This document shows, piece after piece, positions 46,963 through 57,466 of a DNA stretch of 64,000 nucleotides; within the stretch, counting starts at the first letter, position 1; every line of letters begins with the position of its first letter. The notes beneath the pieces were generated by a model. It did no database searches. It was not told the DNA's origin and saw only the letters and a list, made by a program, of their open reading frames with translations. Position numbers and translations under genes: made by a program. Source of the stretch: Candidatus Poribacteria bacterium (GTDB lineage: Bacteria; Poribacteria; WGA-4E; WGA-3G); NCBI GenBank assembly GCA_965205025.1, contig CBDBFU010000028.1:192001-256000 (forward strand), given 5' to 3'.

Positions 46963-47238
46963 TTATTCTGACTCTCCCTGTTCATCCTCAACACGATACT
47001 TCTTATCTAATCTGTTCATCAACCATGCATATATGAATATAATTTCTACGAATATCCAAATTGATGCTTGTTGCGCAAAATAAAATCCAAGACGGAAACC
47101 CCAAAATTGAATTTTGTCCAATTGTTCAACAAATACTATAGAACAGAGGATGGATGTAGTAAACCATATACTCAGTAGAATCGCGAGGTATTGTAGATTT
47201 TTGCGCCAATATAACTTGGAGTTATCCGATTTGTTCAC
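46963..47238 (-). CDS. DUF4212 small symporter accessory subunit
   Basis: YWRKNL...LGFYFAQQ...MNRLDKKY, directly upstream of the symporter. Confidence 0.85.
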   Translation of the reverse strand: MNKSDNSKLYWRKNLQYLAILLSIWFTTSILCSIVFVEQLDKIQFWGFRLGFYFAQQASIWIFVEIIFIYAWLMNRLDKKYRVEDEQGESE

Positions 47239-47316
47239 AAACTAACCTCCCTGAGGTAAGAGACTTTGGCGAAAATTGAAGGGTATACAGCATAATACCA
47301 GTAAACGCTTAGATTG

Positions 47317-47904
47317 TCAATAATTCTCAGGGAACATCAGTCGTTCTATATGTTCTATAAGAATGTGGATTACCTTAATATGGATTTCCTGGATTCTATC
47401 AGCAGTATTCCCAGGGGCAATTATGGCTCTATCACAATACTGTTTCACTTTTCCACCATCTTTACCGAGTAAACCGATAACCTGCATATTCAGTGTTTTT
47501 GCTGTCTCTGCTGCACGGATAATATTCGTAGAATTCCCACTGGTTGAGATGACAATTAACATGTCTTCTGATTGACCAAAAGCCTGAACTTGCCTTGAAA
47601 AAACTTCATCGAACCCAAAGTCATTAGCAATGCATGTAAGATTCCCCGGATCACTGAAGGCTATGGCAGGTAAAGGAATCCTATTATTACGGAATTTTCC
47701 CGTGCATTCCTCTGCAAAATGGATAGCATCACACATACTTCCACCATTCCCACAAGCATATACTTTCCCGCCATTATCAAATATCTCTTTTATATCAGTA
47801 GCCATATCTGAAATGGTAGTCAAATTGTTATGATCATGTAGGAATTGATTGAGTAACTCTTGTGCATCCAGTAATGCGTTTCGGATGCTATCTATCATTT
47901 CCAT
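47317..47904 (-). CDS. gmhA: D-sedoheptulose 7-phosphate isomerase
   Basis: CGNGGS, NDFGFDEVFSRQV, STSGNS, DRIQEIH. Confidence 0.92.
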   Translation of the reverse strand: MEMIDSIRNALLDAQELLNQFLHDHNNLTTISDMATDIKEIFDNGGKVYACGNGGSMCDAIHFAEECTGKFRNNRIPLPAIAFSDPGNLTCIANDFGFDEVFSRQVQAFGQSEDMLIVISTSGNSTNIIRAAETAKTLNMQVIGLLGKDGGKVKQYCDRAIIAPGNTADRIQEIHIKVIHILIEHIERLMFPENY

Positions 47905-48032
47905 TGTTCCTTCTTCTGTAGGAGTGGATTCCGAACCCGAATCTTCAACATCCTATTCCTACCCCTTGGATAGTGTATATCCTCATTTATATATAAATAA
48001 CATAAGAAAAATATGTATATTGCCATAAAAGT

Positions 48033-49337
48033 CTATGAGTTTGACTTTAATTTGATATCCGCATCTAATTCCTTAGCTTGTGTAAAATCCGCTTCTGCCG
48101 ATTCGTATTGTTTGAGTGCTTGTTTTGCAGTACCACGATTCTTATATGCATTAACATGTTGAGGATTTAACTGAATTACAGAATTATAATCATCAATTGC
48201 TCCAACATAATCACCAACTTTCCTCTTTATATTTGCACGATTATAGTACGCACTTACATCTTCAGGACTTAGTAAATTCACACTATCATAATCAGCAATT
48301 GCTCCCTTGTAATCTCCCAAAGGCCTTCTTGCATTTCCTCGATTATAGTAGGCACACACATCAAGATTAAGTTCAATAGCCATAGTGTAATCCTCTATAG
48401 CTCCCTTGTAGTCCCCCAATTCATCCTTCGCATCTCCACGATGAAAGTAAGTAATAGCTAATTCTGGATTTAGCTCAAGTGCTTTGTTATAATACACTAT
48501 TGCTAACTTATACATTCCAATCTTTAAAAAATGATTACCTATATCAGTTTTAGTATAGGCGCGTACTCTTGGGGATTTGCACCAAACCTGTATAGGTTCC
48601 TGTTCACTTGAACTCTCTATTAATTCCGGAACTAAATTCACAGGAATAGCATTTATGAAACCGTGATTATTTACTTCATCTGATATACTTGATTCAACAA
48701 CTCCTATTAATTCACCTTGCTCATTTAACACAGGACCTCCACTATAACCATCACCATCGGATTCCTGTAGATCTTTAACCATAATTGAAAACTCATTGTT
48801 TTTATTATTGGGAATAGAGATAATTCCAGTTATGCCTCCATACTTCTTGCCATCATAACCGACAATATAAGCTTTATCACCATTCTTAAGATCATCAAAA
48901 TTCGCAAGGGAAAGTGGCTTCCCTGTTTCTGAAACTTTTAGTATAACAAGGTCTTTCTCTGCATTATACGCTACCACACCTTCAATTGTGTAGGTTTCGG
49001 TGTCTTGACAGGATAGAGTCTTAATGAGATTTGCATTTTTCTTGACCTTCGAATAATTTGAATGTATGTTGAATAATTGATAGAATTTGGAACCAAGTGT
49101 CTTAACAAATTGGTAGAAAGTAGAATCTTCTTCGATTTCCGAGGACCTTGGATTTCTTGCAATTACTTTTCTACTACCTTCAATAACGTGAATATTTGTT
49201 ACAATCTTATCTGAATCCAGAAAAAAGCCACTTCCTGTTTGAGTAGTCAGTCCAAACAATTTGCATTTCAAGAAAACAGTAGACTGCTTACTGTTCTCAA
49301 GAATTCGTTCTAAAGTCTTGTCTCTATCCTGTTCCAT
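48033..49337 (-). CDS. Trypsin-like serine protease with C-terminal TPR repeats
   Basis: GSGFF, TNIHV (His), DLVILKV (Asp), GYSGGPV (Ser); AYYNRG...GDYKGAI repeats. Confidence 0.85.
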   Translation of the reverse strand: MEQDRDKTLERILENSKQSTVFLKCKLFGLTTQTGSGFFLDSDKIVTNIHVIEGSRKVIARNPRSSEIEEDSTFYQFVKTLGSKFYQLFNIHSNYSKVKKNANLIKTLSCQDTETYTIEGVVAYNAEKDLVILKVSETGKPLSLANFDDLKNGDKAYIVGYDGKKYGGITGIISIPNNKNNEFSIMVKDLQESDGDGYSGGPVLNEQGELIGVVESSISDEVNNHGFINAIPVNLVPELIESSSEQEPIQVWCKSPRVRAYTKTDIGNHFLKIGMYKLAIVYYNKALELNPELAITYFHRGDAKDELGDYKGAIEDYTMAIELNLDVCAYYNRGNARRPLGDYKGAIADYDSVNLLSPEDVSAYYNRANIKRKVGDYVGAIDDYNSVIQLNPQHVNAYKNRGTAKQALKQYESAEADFTQAKELDADIKLKSNS

Positions 49338-49483
49338 AAGGTCTTTTCCTGTTAATATTGCAATAATTCACCCAAAGTGGTACAGACAAAATTGAGATCT
49401 ACCATCATTTTAATGTAATAGTTTATTTCTCTTATAGACAGAATACGAGAACTGATTTATCAAACTATCTTCAAGACTAATAA

Positions 49484-50281
49484 TCATTCCAATGATGTAT
49501 TATAATTCCAAGATGTATTCGGAAATGGGGAATAGTTCTCATTAACATTCTGTTGTTGCTGTTTTTCTTTTAGATATATTGTTACCCAATTCTCTGAGAC
49601 TGCATCGGCTTGTTTTAATAGTCTTCTTGGACCAAATTCAAGATCATCAGGATAATCAATACCTAACCAATCCATTATTTTAAATGCAGTTTCTTCATAC
49701 TGTAACACAAGATCTTCATAAATCACTGTAAAAGGAGTGATACTGTATTGCGAAAAGTATTCCTGCCAGGCTGCTTCATGAAACATGATCTCTTGAGCGA
49801 GATAATCAATAGCTTCAAAGTTGTATTCCGGTTCTTTATCTAATATCGGGTCAGGATCTCCGATTCGTTTCCACCATACAACAGTCTGCAACCCTTTCCA
49901 TAATGAAACAGCCTGACGAACCTTATCTCTACGCATTATCCAAATATAATGTAGGTTTGGGTATAACTCATTTAATACATCGTTTGCTGATAGATCTCTC
50001 TTCATGAATTGTGGTGTTTTTCGTACCTTACCGATAAATCTATCAAAATATCCCCACATGAGTTTTGTACCAAAAACACCATTTGGTGTTGTACTATTTT
50101 CAACGACTTTATTCAAAAAATCGGAATAGCCAGTTGCTCCCCACTTTTCTCCCCATTTTTTATCATCCCAAAAGTATTCACCTGGTATTCCAGCAAAACC
50201 TGTATTCTCCAATGCCTCAAAAAGTAGGTATCCGCCACAACGCGGTGTTGCACAGATTAAATATGAGATTTTAGGTATCAC
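49484..50281 (-). CDS. Stf0-family sulfotransferase
   Basis: ICATPRCG PAPS loop, PGEYF, TPNGVFGTKLM, RRDKVRQAVS, YEDL. Confidence 0.85.
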   Translation of the reverse strand: MIPKISYLICATPRCGGYLLFEALENTGFAGIPGEYFWDDKKWGEKWGATGYSDFLNKVVENSTTPNGVFGTKLMWGYFDRFIGKVRKTPQFMKRDLSANDVLNELYPNLHYIWIMRRDKVRQAVSLWKGLQTVVWWKRIGDPDPILDKEPEYNFEAIDYLAQEIMFHEAAWQEYFSQYSITPFTVIYEDLVLQYEETAFKIMDWLGIDYPDDLEFGPRRLLKQADAVSENWVTIYLKEKQQQQNVNENYSPFPNTSWNYNTSLE

Positions 50282-50509
50282 AAAGGCATTTTCCTTTCAA
50301 TTAGAGTTGCTCTTCGTAGCGTGGGATCTACCCACTTGTTTTTCAAATTTAGAACATGACATGAACATGTTCCTATCCAAGTTGGTATACCTAATTGTAG
50401 TTTTATACATTGGATTCATCCAGGTTAGAATCCGTACCTGTCGAAATATGAGATTTTAGACTTTGGGAAAACGTTGAGTGCAATTTACAGTGAGTTCGAG
50501 TTGATATTA

Positions 50510-51583
50510 CTATGGGATAAGTTGAACTTTGATTGAATCTTTGCTATCTTTGACCATTTCAAATGCAGTTAGGTAATCTTCCAATGGCAACTGATGTGTT
50601 ACAATATGACCTACATCAATAAGTCCATTGTGGATATAATCTATGGCAAGAGGGTATGTGTATGGACCTAAATGAGAACCGTGAATGTTCAATTCTTTTG
50701 TGTCACCAATGATTGTCCAATCGACAGTGACAGGTTCCCGCATGACGCTGAATTCCACAAATGTCCCTGCTTTGCGAATCATGTGTAGACCTTGCTCAAC
50801 AGCTTTCGGATGACCTGTTGCTTCGATATACACATCACAACCGTACCCTTCTGTAAGGTCTAATACTTCTTGGACAACATCAGTGTCAGACGGATTGAAT
50901 GTGAGATCTGCACCTAATTTCTTCGCTGCTTCTAACCGGTTAGACTGTAGGTCAATTGCAATGAGTAATCCAGGATTCTTCAGTCTTGCTGCCCCAATCA
51001 TACCGAGACCGAGTGTGCCAGCACCTGCAATTACAACAGTGTCTCCAAATTCAATTTCACCGCGTTGTACGGCGTGTATTGAGCAGGAAAGTGGTTCAAT
51101 CATTGCAGCGTTTTCAATTGGAATATCAGATGGCACTTTGTGGACAAGAGCATCCGAAGGGAATTTCATGAATTCAGCCATTCCACCATTGACAACTGGT
51201 TGGAATCCGAAGATATTGTGTAATTGACAAAGCCAATACTTCCCTGTTTTACAATATCGGCAATCCCAACATGGAACTATTTGTTCTGCAATTGCCCTGT
51301 CCCCGATCTTCAGACCAGTCTTTTCAGCTGCCTTACGTCCAATTTCAACGACTTCACCAATGAATTCGTGTCCAGCAATTACCGGTGTTTCCACGTAGGG
51401 TTGACGTGTCTCATCACCCCAGAAGAGTGGTGCTCCAGTAAAACATTTAATATCACTTGCACATACACCACATGCATTTACCTTAATTACTATTTCCTCG
51501 GGTTCAGCATGTGGAATATGAAGATCTTCAAGCCGATAATCATGCGGGGCATGACACATAACGGCATTCATTGATTTGGACAT
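50510..51583 (-). CDS. Zn-dependent polyol dehydrogenase (erythritol/threitol dehydrogenase-like)
   Basis: CGVCASD, GHE, CWDCRYC...C, GAGTLG, GSHLGPY. Confidence 0.82.
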   Translation of the reverse strand: MSKSMNAVMCHAPHDYRLEDLHIPHAEPEEIVIKVNACGVCASDIKCFTGAPLFWGDETRQPYVETPVIAGHEFIGEVVEIGRKAAEKTGLKIGDRAIAEQIVPCWDCRYCKTGKYWLCQLHNIFGFQPVVNGGMAEFMKFPSDALVHKVPSDIPIENAAMIEPLSCSIHAVQRGEIEFGDTVVIAGAGTLGLGMIGAARLKNPGLLIAIDLQSNRLEAAKKLGADLTFNPSDTDVVQEVLDLTEGYGCDVYIEATGHPKAVEQGLHMIRKAGTFVEFSVMREPVTVDWTIIGDTKELNIHGSHLGPYTYPLAIDYIHNGLIDVGHIVTHQLPLEDYLTAFEMVKDSKDSIKVQLIP

Positions 51584-51603
51584 TCGTTGTATTTTGAAAG
51601 CAA

Positions 51604-52383
51604 CTATGCTGCCTTGCGTTGTATAAGTCTTCTCCGTGCACTTGCCCGCGCTATTCCAACATCAATTGAGATATGCTGATAGGTAGTCATTCCAAGATTA
51701 ATGGCGTGTGCAGTATCAAGATTAAAACCCCATTCAATCCATTCAGGTTTATCTTCTTCAGGAATATCTCCAGCTGCAATAACCTTCATGATACTTATTC
51801 CTTTGTCAAGGTCATAGGCACGTTGGATATATTCAAGGTGTTGCTCCATGGTACCACCCTCTAACATTTTTCCTTCTTTGTTAGCAGTAGCAAGGATAAC
51901 ATCAATTTCGGGGTGGTCAATTACCGCATCCATTACATCGCCGGTGTATACATGTGTCGAACATCCAATAAATCGTATTTTTCCGTCGGATTTTGCTTCA
52001 CGGAATGCATCAAACGCGCCATCACGTTCGCGCGCTTTAAGGTCATCGCGAGATGCAATAGCGTGTAACAACATAACATCAATATAATCTGTCTGTAATT
52101 CAGTTAGTGCTTTTTCAATACTCTGTGCAGCTGTTTTATCCTTCACAGCAGTTTTTGTCTGAATAACAACTTCTTCACGATTAATCTGTCGAATTGCTTC
52201 ACCGAGATGTGGTTGTGTACCATATCCTTCTGCAGTATCCCAGAAAGTGATACCTTCATCAAAGCCTTTCAACATGAGGGTAGCACCAGATTCAATAGTT
52301 TTGCAGGTATCCTGTATTCGTCCTGCCCCGTAGCAGAGACGTGAGATTTCCAAACCTGTTTTTCCATAAGTTAAATATTCCAT
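51604..52383 (-). CDS. Aldo/keto reductase
   Basis: GKTGLEISRL, DTAEGYG, LQTDYIDVMLLH, GKIRFIGCSTH; GGAGG RBS. Confidence 0.85.
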   Translation of the reverse strand: MEYLTYGKTGLEISRLCYGAGRIQDTCKTIESGATLMLKGFDEGITFWDTAEGYGTQPHLGEAIRQINREEVVIQTKTAVKDKTAAQSIEKALTELQTDYIDVMLLHAIASRDDLKARERDGAFDAFREAKSDGKIRFIGCSTHVYTGDVMDAVIDHPEIDVILATANKEGKMLEGGTMEQHLEYIQRAYDLDKGISIMKVIAAGDIPEEDKPEWIEWGFNLDTAHAINLGMTTYQHISIDVGIARASARRRLIQRKAA

Positions 52384-52618
52384 AGTGCCTCCACCTATTA
52401 TATAATTGTATTTACACATTTATCTTTTAAGACCATCACAATAATACATACATTATCTGAAATAGCGTAAAAATGCAACCCTTTTTTATTGCAACAAAAC
52501 TCCGATTAGGTTATTATCAAAATTACATATTTCAAGTATACAATTATTTTTGTAATAAAGTTATACTATTTCTATAATTATTGTTTCATTAGGCGGTTAT
52601 TATGGTAGTCATTTTCAG

Positions 52619-52743
52619 GTCACAAACTGAATGAAGATTAATTTTTTAAATCGGTAATACGGGCGGGTTAACCCCGCCCCTACGATAAGTTTATGGACTG
52701 GATTACCGAAATATTTACTTAATCCTCATAAAGTTTGTGGTAC
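52619..52743. mobile_element. MITE family B (52631-52729, inverted) in the centre of a REP, carrying a different REP
   Basis: CACAAACTGA | ATGAAGATTAATTTTTTAAATCGGTAAT ... ATTACCGAAATATTTACTTAATCCTCAT | AAAGTTTGTGGTAC; cargo GGGCGGGTTAACCCCGCCCCTAC. Confidence 0.78.
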
Positions 52744-52781
52744 AAAAAAGAGATGTTTTCAATTAGAAATGGGATTATAAA

Positions 52782-53939
52782 ATGAAGATAACTGGGATTT
52801 TTATAGTTGATCACAAACCATTAGAAATTACTTTGACGGAAACATCTGTAGAATCTGTAAAAGCTGTAAGCCAAGCATCAGTCAAGAATGATTACTTCAT
52901 TTCTACTGCTTTGGTAGACATCCAAGTGAACGGGTTTTTTGGTTATGACTTAAATGTTCCAACAGTGACTGATACTGATGTTTGTAAAATGGTGCGTGAA
53001 CTCTGGAGAGTTGGTACAGGTTTGATATGTCCTACCATTGTAACCAATTCATTTGAAAATATAAGTAACTCACTAAGGGCAGTTGTAAACGCTTGTGAGT
53101 CTGACCAGTGTATTGCAGATTCAATTCTTGGTATTCACCTTGAGGGTCCATATATCTCAGATGTTGATGGACCTCGTGGTGCACATCCTTTGGAATATGT
53201 TAGAGATCCGGATTGGGAAGAGTTTCAACAATTACAGAATATTGCTGAAGGTAAGATATGTCTTGTTACACTTGCTCCTGAGAAAAAAGGAGCAATACAG
53301 TTCATAGAAAAACTGGTAGAGAATGGCATTGTAGTTGCCATAGGTCATACAAATGCATCTGCTGAAGATATACAAGATGCAATTTCTGCTGGTGCGAGTC
53401 TGTCTACCCATCTCGGGAATGGTGCACATGCTGAGATACGTCGTCATCCAAATTATATTTGGGAACAACTTGCAGCAGATGAACTCGATGCAAGTCTTAT
53501 CGTTGATGGTCATCATCTTCCACCTTCTGTTGTTAAGTCGATGATAAGAGCAAAACAACCAAAACGGTGTATTCTGATTAGTGATGCTGTCTCATTGGCT
53601 GGATTGGATCCAGGAAATTATGAGTTTGCTGGGAGTGCGGTGGAATTAACAGAGGATAGAGTGGTTCGTTTGTCTGGTACTGAATACCTTGCCGGTTCAG
53701 CAATTGAATTAGTGAAAGGAATTGAAAACACGATTAAGTTTACAGGATTAACTTTACAAAAAGTAATTCCATTTGCCACTATACATCCGCTTATACTACT
53801 TGGCGAAATTGAGAGAATAGAAAAATTGAGAGATCTATTTGTATTTAAATACGATTATGATAGGAAAGAGATTACTCCTGTTGCTACTATTATAAATGGG
53901 GAGATGGTGTACCATGTAGAGGACGTTAATGACGTATAG
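52782..53939 (+). CDS. nagA: N-acetylglucosamine-6-phosphate deacetylase family
   Basis: DIQVNG, HLEGPYIS, TLAPE, GHT, THLGN, ISDA, LAGSA. Confidence 0.8.
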   Translation: MKITGIFIVDHKPLEITLTETSVESVKAVSQASVKNDYFISTALVDIQVNGFFGYDLNVPTVTDTDVCKMVRELWRVGTGLICPTIVTNSFENISNSLRAVVNACESDQCIADSILGIHLEGPYISDVDGPRGAHPLEYVRDPDWEEFQQLQNIAEGKICLVTLAPEKKGAIQFIEKLVENGIVVAIGHTNASAEDIQDAISAGASLSTHLGNGAHAEIRRHPNYIWEQLAADELDASLIVDGHHLPPSVVKSMIRAKQPKRCILISDAVSLAGLDPGNYEFAGSAVELTEDRVVRLSGTEYLAGSAIELVKGIENTIKFTGLTLQKVIPFATIHPLILLGEIERIEKLRDLFVFKYDYDRKEITPVATIINGEMVYHVEDVNDV

Positions 53940-53972
53940 AATATTAATTACATTATCAAAGGATTGTCTATC

Positions 53973-54767
53973 ATGTTGACGAGTTCTGAAATTGATTCTT
54001 ACCTTGAAAATGGTTATCTTATTCGAAGAGATACATTTTCTGACTCCGATTTAGAAAATTATCGTAAGGCAATAGATAGGTTATTGCATAAGTGTCTTGT
54101 AGATCGTGTTCACGATGGATATCTACGTTATATAGATGGAGAACGGGATGATATTTGGGGTGTGAATAATGTTTTTCATCCAAGTATTCGCGAGGAAGCA
54201 CTTGTACATTCATTAGCAAATCCACAGATATTGGATGTAATTGAATCACTCATTGGGAACAAGTTGCGATATCACCTTTGTACACTCCTTGTTAATTCAG
54301 AGAAGAAACCGTATCATATTAATTGGCACAGAGATGCTGCACAGGATGGTGAAGTTCCACTGGAAGTTCTTAATAGTCGGTTACGAAGTCATGTACAACT
54401 TAACGGTGCACTTTATGACGATGACTCATTATATATTGTTCCTGGCAGTCATTCTCGTGAACTCACTGATGATGAACGTGCTGTGTTACAAGAAAGACCA
54501 AATGAAGAAATGCCGAACCAACTAAAGGTTGAACTGAAGGCAGGTGATATTGTATTTTATAATTCCAGTATTTTACATAAGGGTAAGAATACAAATAGGA
54601 AGATTCGTCAGACTTTACACTATGCTGTTGTTGCGATTTCATCAGAGAGTCATCCGTTAAATCCAGATAATCCTACGGATCAAGAATGGTTGAATGATCC
54701 AGAATTTCTTGATAATTTGCCAGATCGGTTGAAACCTTTATTTGATAATTGGCTGAAATATAGGTAG
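53973..54767 (+). CDS. Phytanoyl-CoA dioxygenase (PhyH) family protein
   Basis: YLENGYL, WHRD, IVPGSH, LKAGDIVF...LHKG. Confidence 0.85.
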   Translation: MLTSSEIDSYLENGYLIRRDTFSDSDLENYRKAIDRLLHKCLVDRVHDGYLRYIDGERDDIWGVNNVFHPSIREEALVHSLANPQILDVIESLIGNKLRYHLCTLLVNSEKKPYHINWHRDAAQDGEVPLEVLNSRLRSHVQLNGALYDDDSLYIVPGSHSRELTDDERAVLQERPNEEMPNQLKVELKAGDIVFYNSSILHKGKNTNRKIRQTLHYAVVAISSESHPLNPDNPTDQEWLNDPEFLDNLPDRLKPLFDNWLKYR

Positions 54768-54827
54768 GTTTATTATGTCTAAAAATAGAGGCATAGTTAT
54801 CGGTAAGATAAATGGACTAAAGAATAT

Positions 54828-55568
54828 CTATTTTTTATGACATATCATTGCTGTGATCCAACAATATCGTTTCAGAAATGGAAGTGACTTTAAAAGTAAG
54901 GAATCTATTACATTTAGTAAGTAGAACGACCATCGATAGAATGGGGTAATTGGTATACATTTCTGCCAGAATAATGACTTCACAGAAGAGAAATGAAATT
55001 CCGAATGTTCCAATAGGTCAAAATGTGTACCTGCTGATTCTATATCCTGCATAGAGAAATAGTGTAGTTTGCGTGAATATTTAATGAAGAATTTTCTGTA
55101 TAACCAGACCAGAGGATGGTGCCGCATATTTTCTATGAAAATTGCTTTACCTCCCGGTTTTAGTACACGGTAACACTCTTTTGCTGTAAGTGTATGATCT
55201 GTAAAGACTAAAACAGATTTTGATATTATAAAATCAAATGTATTATCTGGAAAACCGAGATGCATTGCATCCATCAAAGCAAATTCTATAGATTCATCAA
55301 CACTATGTTGTTTTGCTCTGACTTTAGCTTCATCTATTCGAAATGGTAGTAGATCGATCCCAATGAGAGATGCACCTCGTTTTGCTAATAATGTTGCTGT
55401 GCCCCCTGTTCCAACCCCCAACTCAAGTATACTTTTCCCTTCAATGTTTCCCATTTTCGGTATAATATATTCAAAAACAGGTAGGTAAAAGTCTTCCCAC
55501 CAAAGAAGGAGATTAGATTCAACAGAGTTGGCATGTTGATCAGATAGAGGTGCATCCGATGTGTCCAA
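54828..55568 (-). CDS. Class I SAM-dependent methyltransferase
   Basis: ILELGVGTG, FPDNTFD, RVLKPGG. Confidence 0.85.
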   Translation of the reverse strand: MDTSDAPLSDQHANSVESNLLLWWEDFYLPVFEYIIPKMGNIEGKSILELGVGTGGTATLLAKRGASLIGIDLLPFRIDEAKVRAKQHSVDESIEFALMDAMHLGFPDNTFDFIISKSVLVFTDHTLTAKECYRVLKPGGKAIFIENMRHHPLVWLYRKFFIKYSRKLHYFSMQDIESAGTHFDLLEHSEFHFSSVKSLFWQKCIPITPFYRWSFYLLNVIDSLLLKSLPFLKRYCWITAMICHKK

Positions 55569-55570
55569 AT

Positions 55571-56329
55571 CTATATTTTCTCCATTCTACGTAAACCTTC
55601 AATGCAGCGTTCAGCACATTCAATCGGTGGATAAGCATAACTTTCTTGTTCAACGATATACCATTCTGTTCCACCAACAGTTTCACATGCATTGAATACA
55701 TCATCCCAAGGAATATCACCTTCACCAATAACAGCTTTGTCATTCGTTGCAGAGAATTCTTTGATATGTACCAGTTTGGATCTCCCTGGATACCGTTCAA
55801 TGTATGTAACATTATCTGCCCCGGCACGAAGGACGTGACCTGTATCTATCTGCGTTACGACACTATCATCTGTATTACTACAGAATATATCCCATGGCAT
55901 TTCACCGTCCATTTCTTGGAATTCACCTGTGTGGTTATGATATCCTGTGAACATACCTTGGTCTGCGACTTTCTCAGCAATCTCATTAAATATCTTAGCA
56001 GTTTTCAGCCATGCTTCTTTTGAATTGCTATATTCACCTGGTAAGCCGGGAACAATCAGATAGGGGTTGCCAAGTGTTTTGTTAAATGCGACAGTCTTTT
56101 CAAGTTCATCACCGAGAAGAGTGTTGATTCCAGTGTGTGTACCGACGATTTTTAACTCAAGGTCATCACACATTCCCCGTAATTCTTCTGCTGTTCTGTC
56201 GTAGTATCCAGCAAATTCAACACCTTCATATCCCATCTGTGCAACGGCTTGAAGGGTAAGTGATAGGTCTTTTGCACAATCATCTCTGACGGAATATAAC
56301 TGTAATGCTATAGGTATTCTATTGCTCAA
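55571..56329 (-). CDS. Sugar phosphate isomerase/epimerase (TIM barrel)
   Basis: ALQLYSVR, GYEGVEFAG, YHNH, HIKE, IVEQE. Confidence 0.88.
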   Translation of the reverse strand: MSNRIPIALQLYSVRDDCAKDLSLTLQAVAQMGYEGVEFAGYYDRTAEELRGMCDDLELKIVGTHTGINTLLGDELEKTVAFNKTLGNPYLIVPGLPGEYSNSKEAWLKTAKIFNEIAEKVADQGMFTGYHNHTGEFQEMDGEMPWDIFCSNTDDSVVTQIDTGHVLRAGADNVTYIERYPGRSKLVHIKEFSATNDKAVIGEGDIPWDDVFNACETVGGTEWYIVEQESYAYPPIECAERCIEGLRRMEKI

Positions 56330-56371
56330 TTAGTTTCTCCTTGGTTATTAAGTATGAATATATACATAAAT

Positions 56372-56405
56372 ATAGTGAAGTGCGTTATTCAACGCGCTTC
56401 ACTAT
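56372..56405. other. Intergenic stem-loop (REP-like, mRNA-stabilising or terminator hairpin)
   Basis: ATAGTGAAGTGCGTT-ATTC-AACGCGCTTCACTAT. Confidence 0.55.
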
Positions 56406-56419
56406 TGAAAATAATACAA

Positions 56420-57436
56420 TTACATGGGTAAGTTAACGACTTGTCCACTATCGGATGAAACCAATCCTGCTTCTAAAATCTCCTGAGCATCTCGACTGAC
56501 TTTAGGGCAACATAAACCCTCAATAGGCTTTTCATTTTCGATGCAGTGGATCAAGTATTCAGGTGCGTTTCTTCTACCTTCAGGTATGGGATCAGGATCA
56601 ATGATTTGTGCATCTTCACCAGCAGGATGTAGATTGACCTGGTTGCCAGTGACAGACAATGCCCCTTCTGTACCGTAAACAACAGGATTTGGTGTGATAT
56701 AACCCGTTTTTTGTGTCCAGGATGCTTCAGTTATTCCAAAGGCATTCCCGTATTTCATCACGATGACAGCATTGTCATCTGGTAATGGATAATCTTTAAC
56801 GAATGTTCCACGGAAACCGGTAACCTGTTCTGGTATACCGAGTAGGAATGCACACATATCAGCACAATAACAGCAATAATCCATTAGTGCTCCAGCACCA
56901 TTTTTCTCTTCATCGTATAGCCATTCATAAAAGTACTTGGAACAGCCTATTTCTTTTGGTCCGTTATGTGCGGAACGCCACTTGAAGTAGAAAATGTCCC
57001 CGATTGCCCCATCTTTTATCAATTGAATGGTCGTGTTTAGTGCAGGACTCCATGCAGTCGGCCAATTAATCATTAGGTATATGCCAGCCTTTTCTGCAGT
57101 CGATAGCATTTCATCTGCTTGTGAAAGTCGTGCAGCCATCGGTTTTTCAGAAAGAACGTGAATTCCTTTTGCTGCTGCCTCACTAACAATCCCAGGACCT
57201 GCGTTGTTTTCACCACATGCTTGAACGATGTCTAATTCTTCATTTTCAATCATTTCCTGCCAGGAGTCGTATACATTATCAACTCCTGATTCTTCTTTGA
57301 ATTGTTCTCTTAATTCCGCGTTGACATCTCCCGCTGCGACGATTTCGACGTTTGGGTGTTTTTTCCATTGATTTAACTCACCCCATACATGGTCGTGTAC
57401 TAAGGAAGCGAAGCCAACGCGATAGGTTTTTGCCAT
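56420..57436 (-). CDS. Gfo/Idh/MocA family oxidoreductase
   Basis: LSEKPMA, NWP, GAGALMDYCCY, DDNAV. Confidence 0.85.
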   Translation of the reverse strand: MAKTYRVGFASLVHDHVWGELNQWKKHPNVEIVAAGDVNAELREQFKEESGVDNVYDSWQEMIENEELDIVQACGENNAGPGIVSEAAAKGIHVLSEKPMAARLSQADEMLSTAEKAGIYLMINWPTAWSPALNTTIQLIKDGAIGDIFYFKWRSAHNGPKEIGCSKYFYEWLYDEEKNGAGALMDYCCYCADMCAFLLGIPEQVTGFRGTFVKDYPLPDDNAVIVMKYGNAFGITEASWTQKTGYITPNPVVYGTEGALSVTGNQVNLHPAGEDAQIIDPDPIPEGRRNAPEYLIHCIENEKPIEGLCCPKVSRDAQEILEAGLVSSDSGQVVNLPM

Positions 57437-57466
57437 GATTTTCTCCTAAATGATAAATAATACAGT

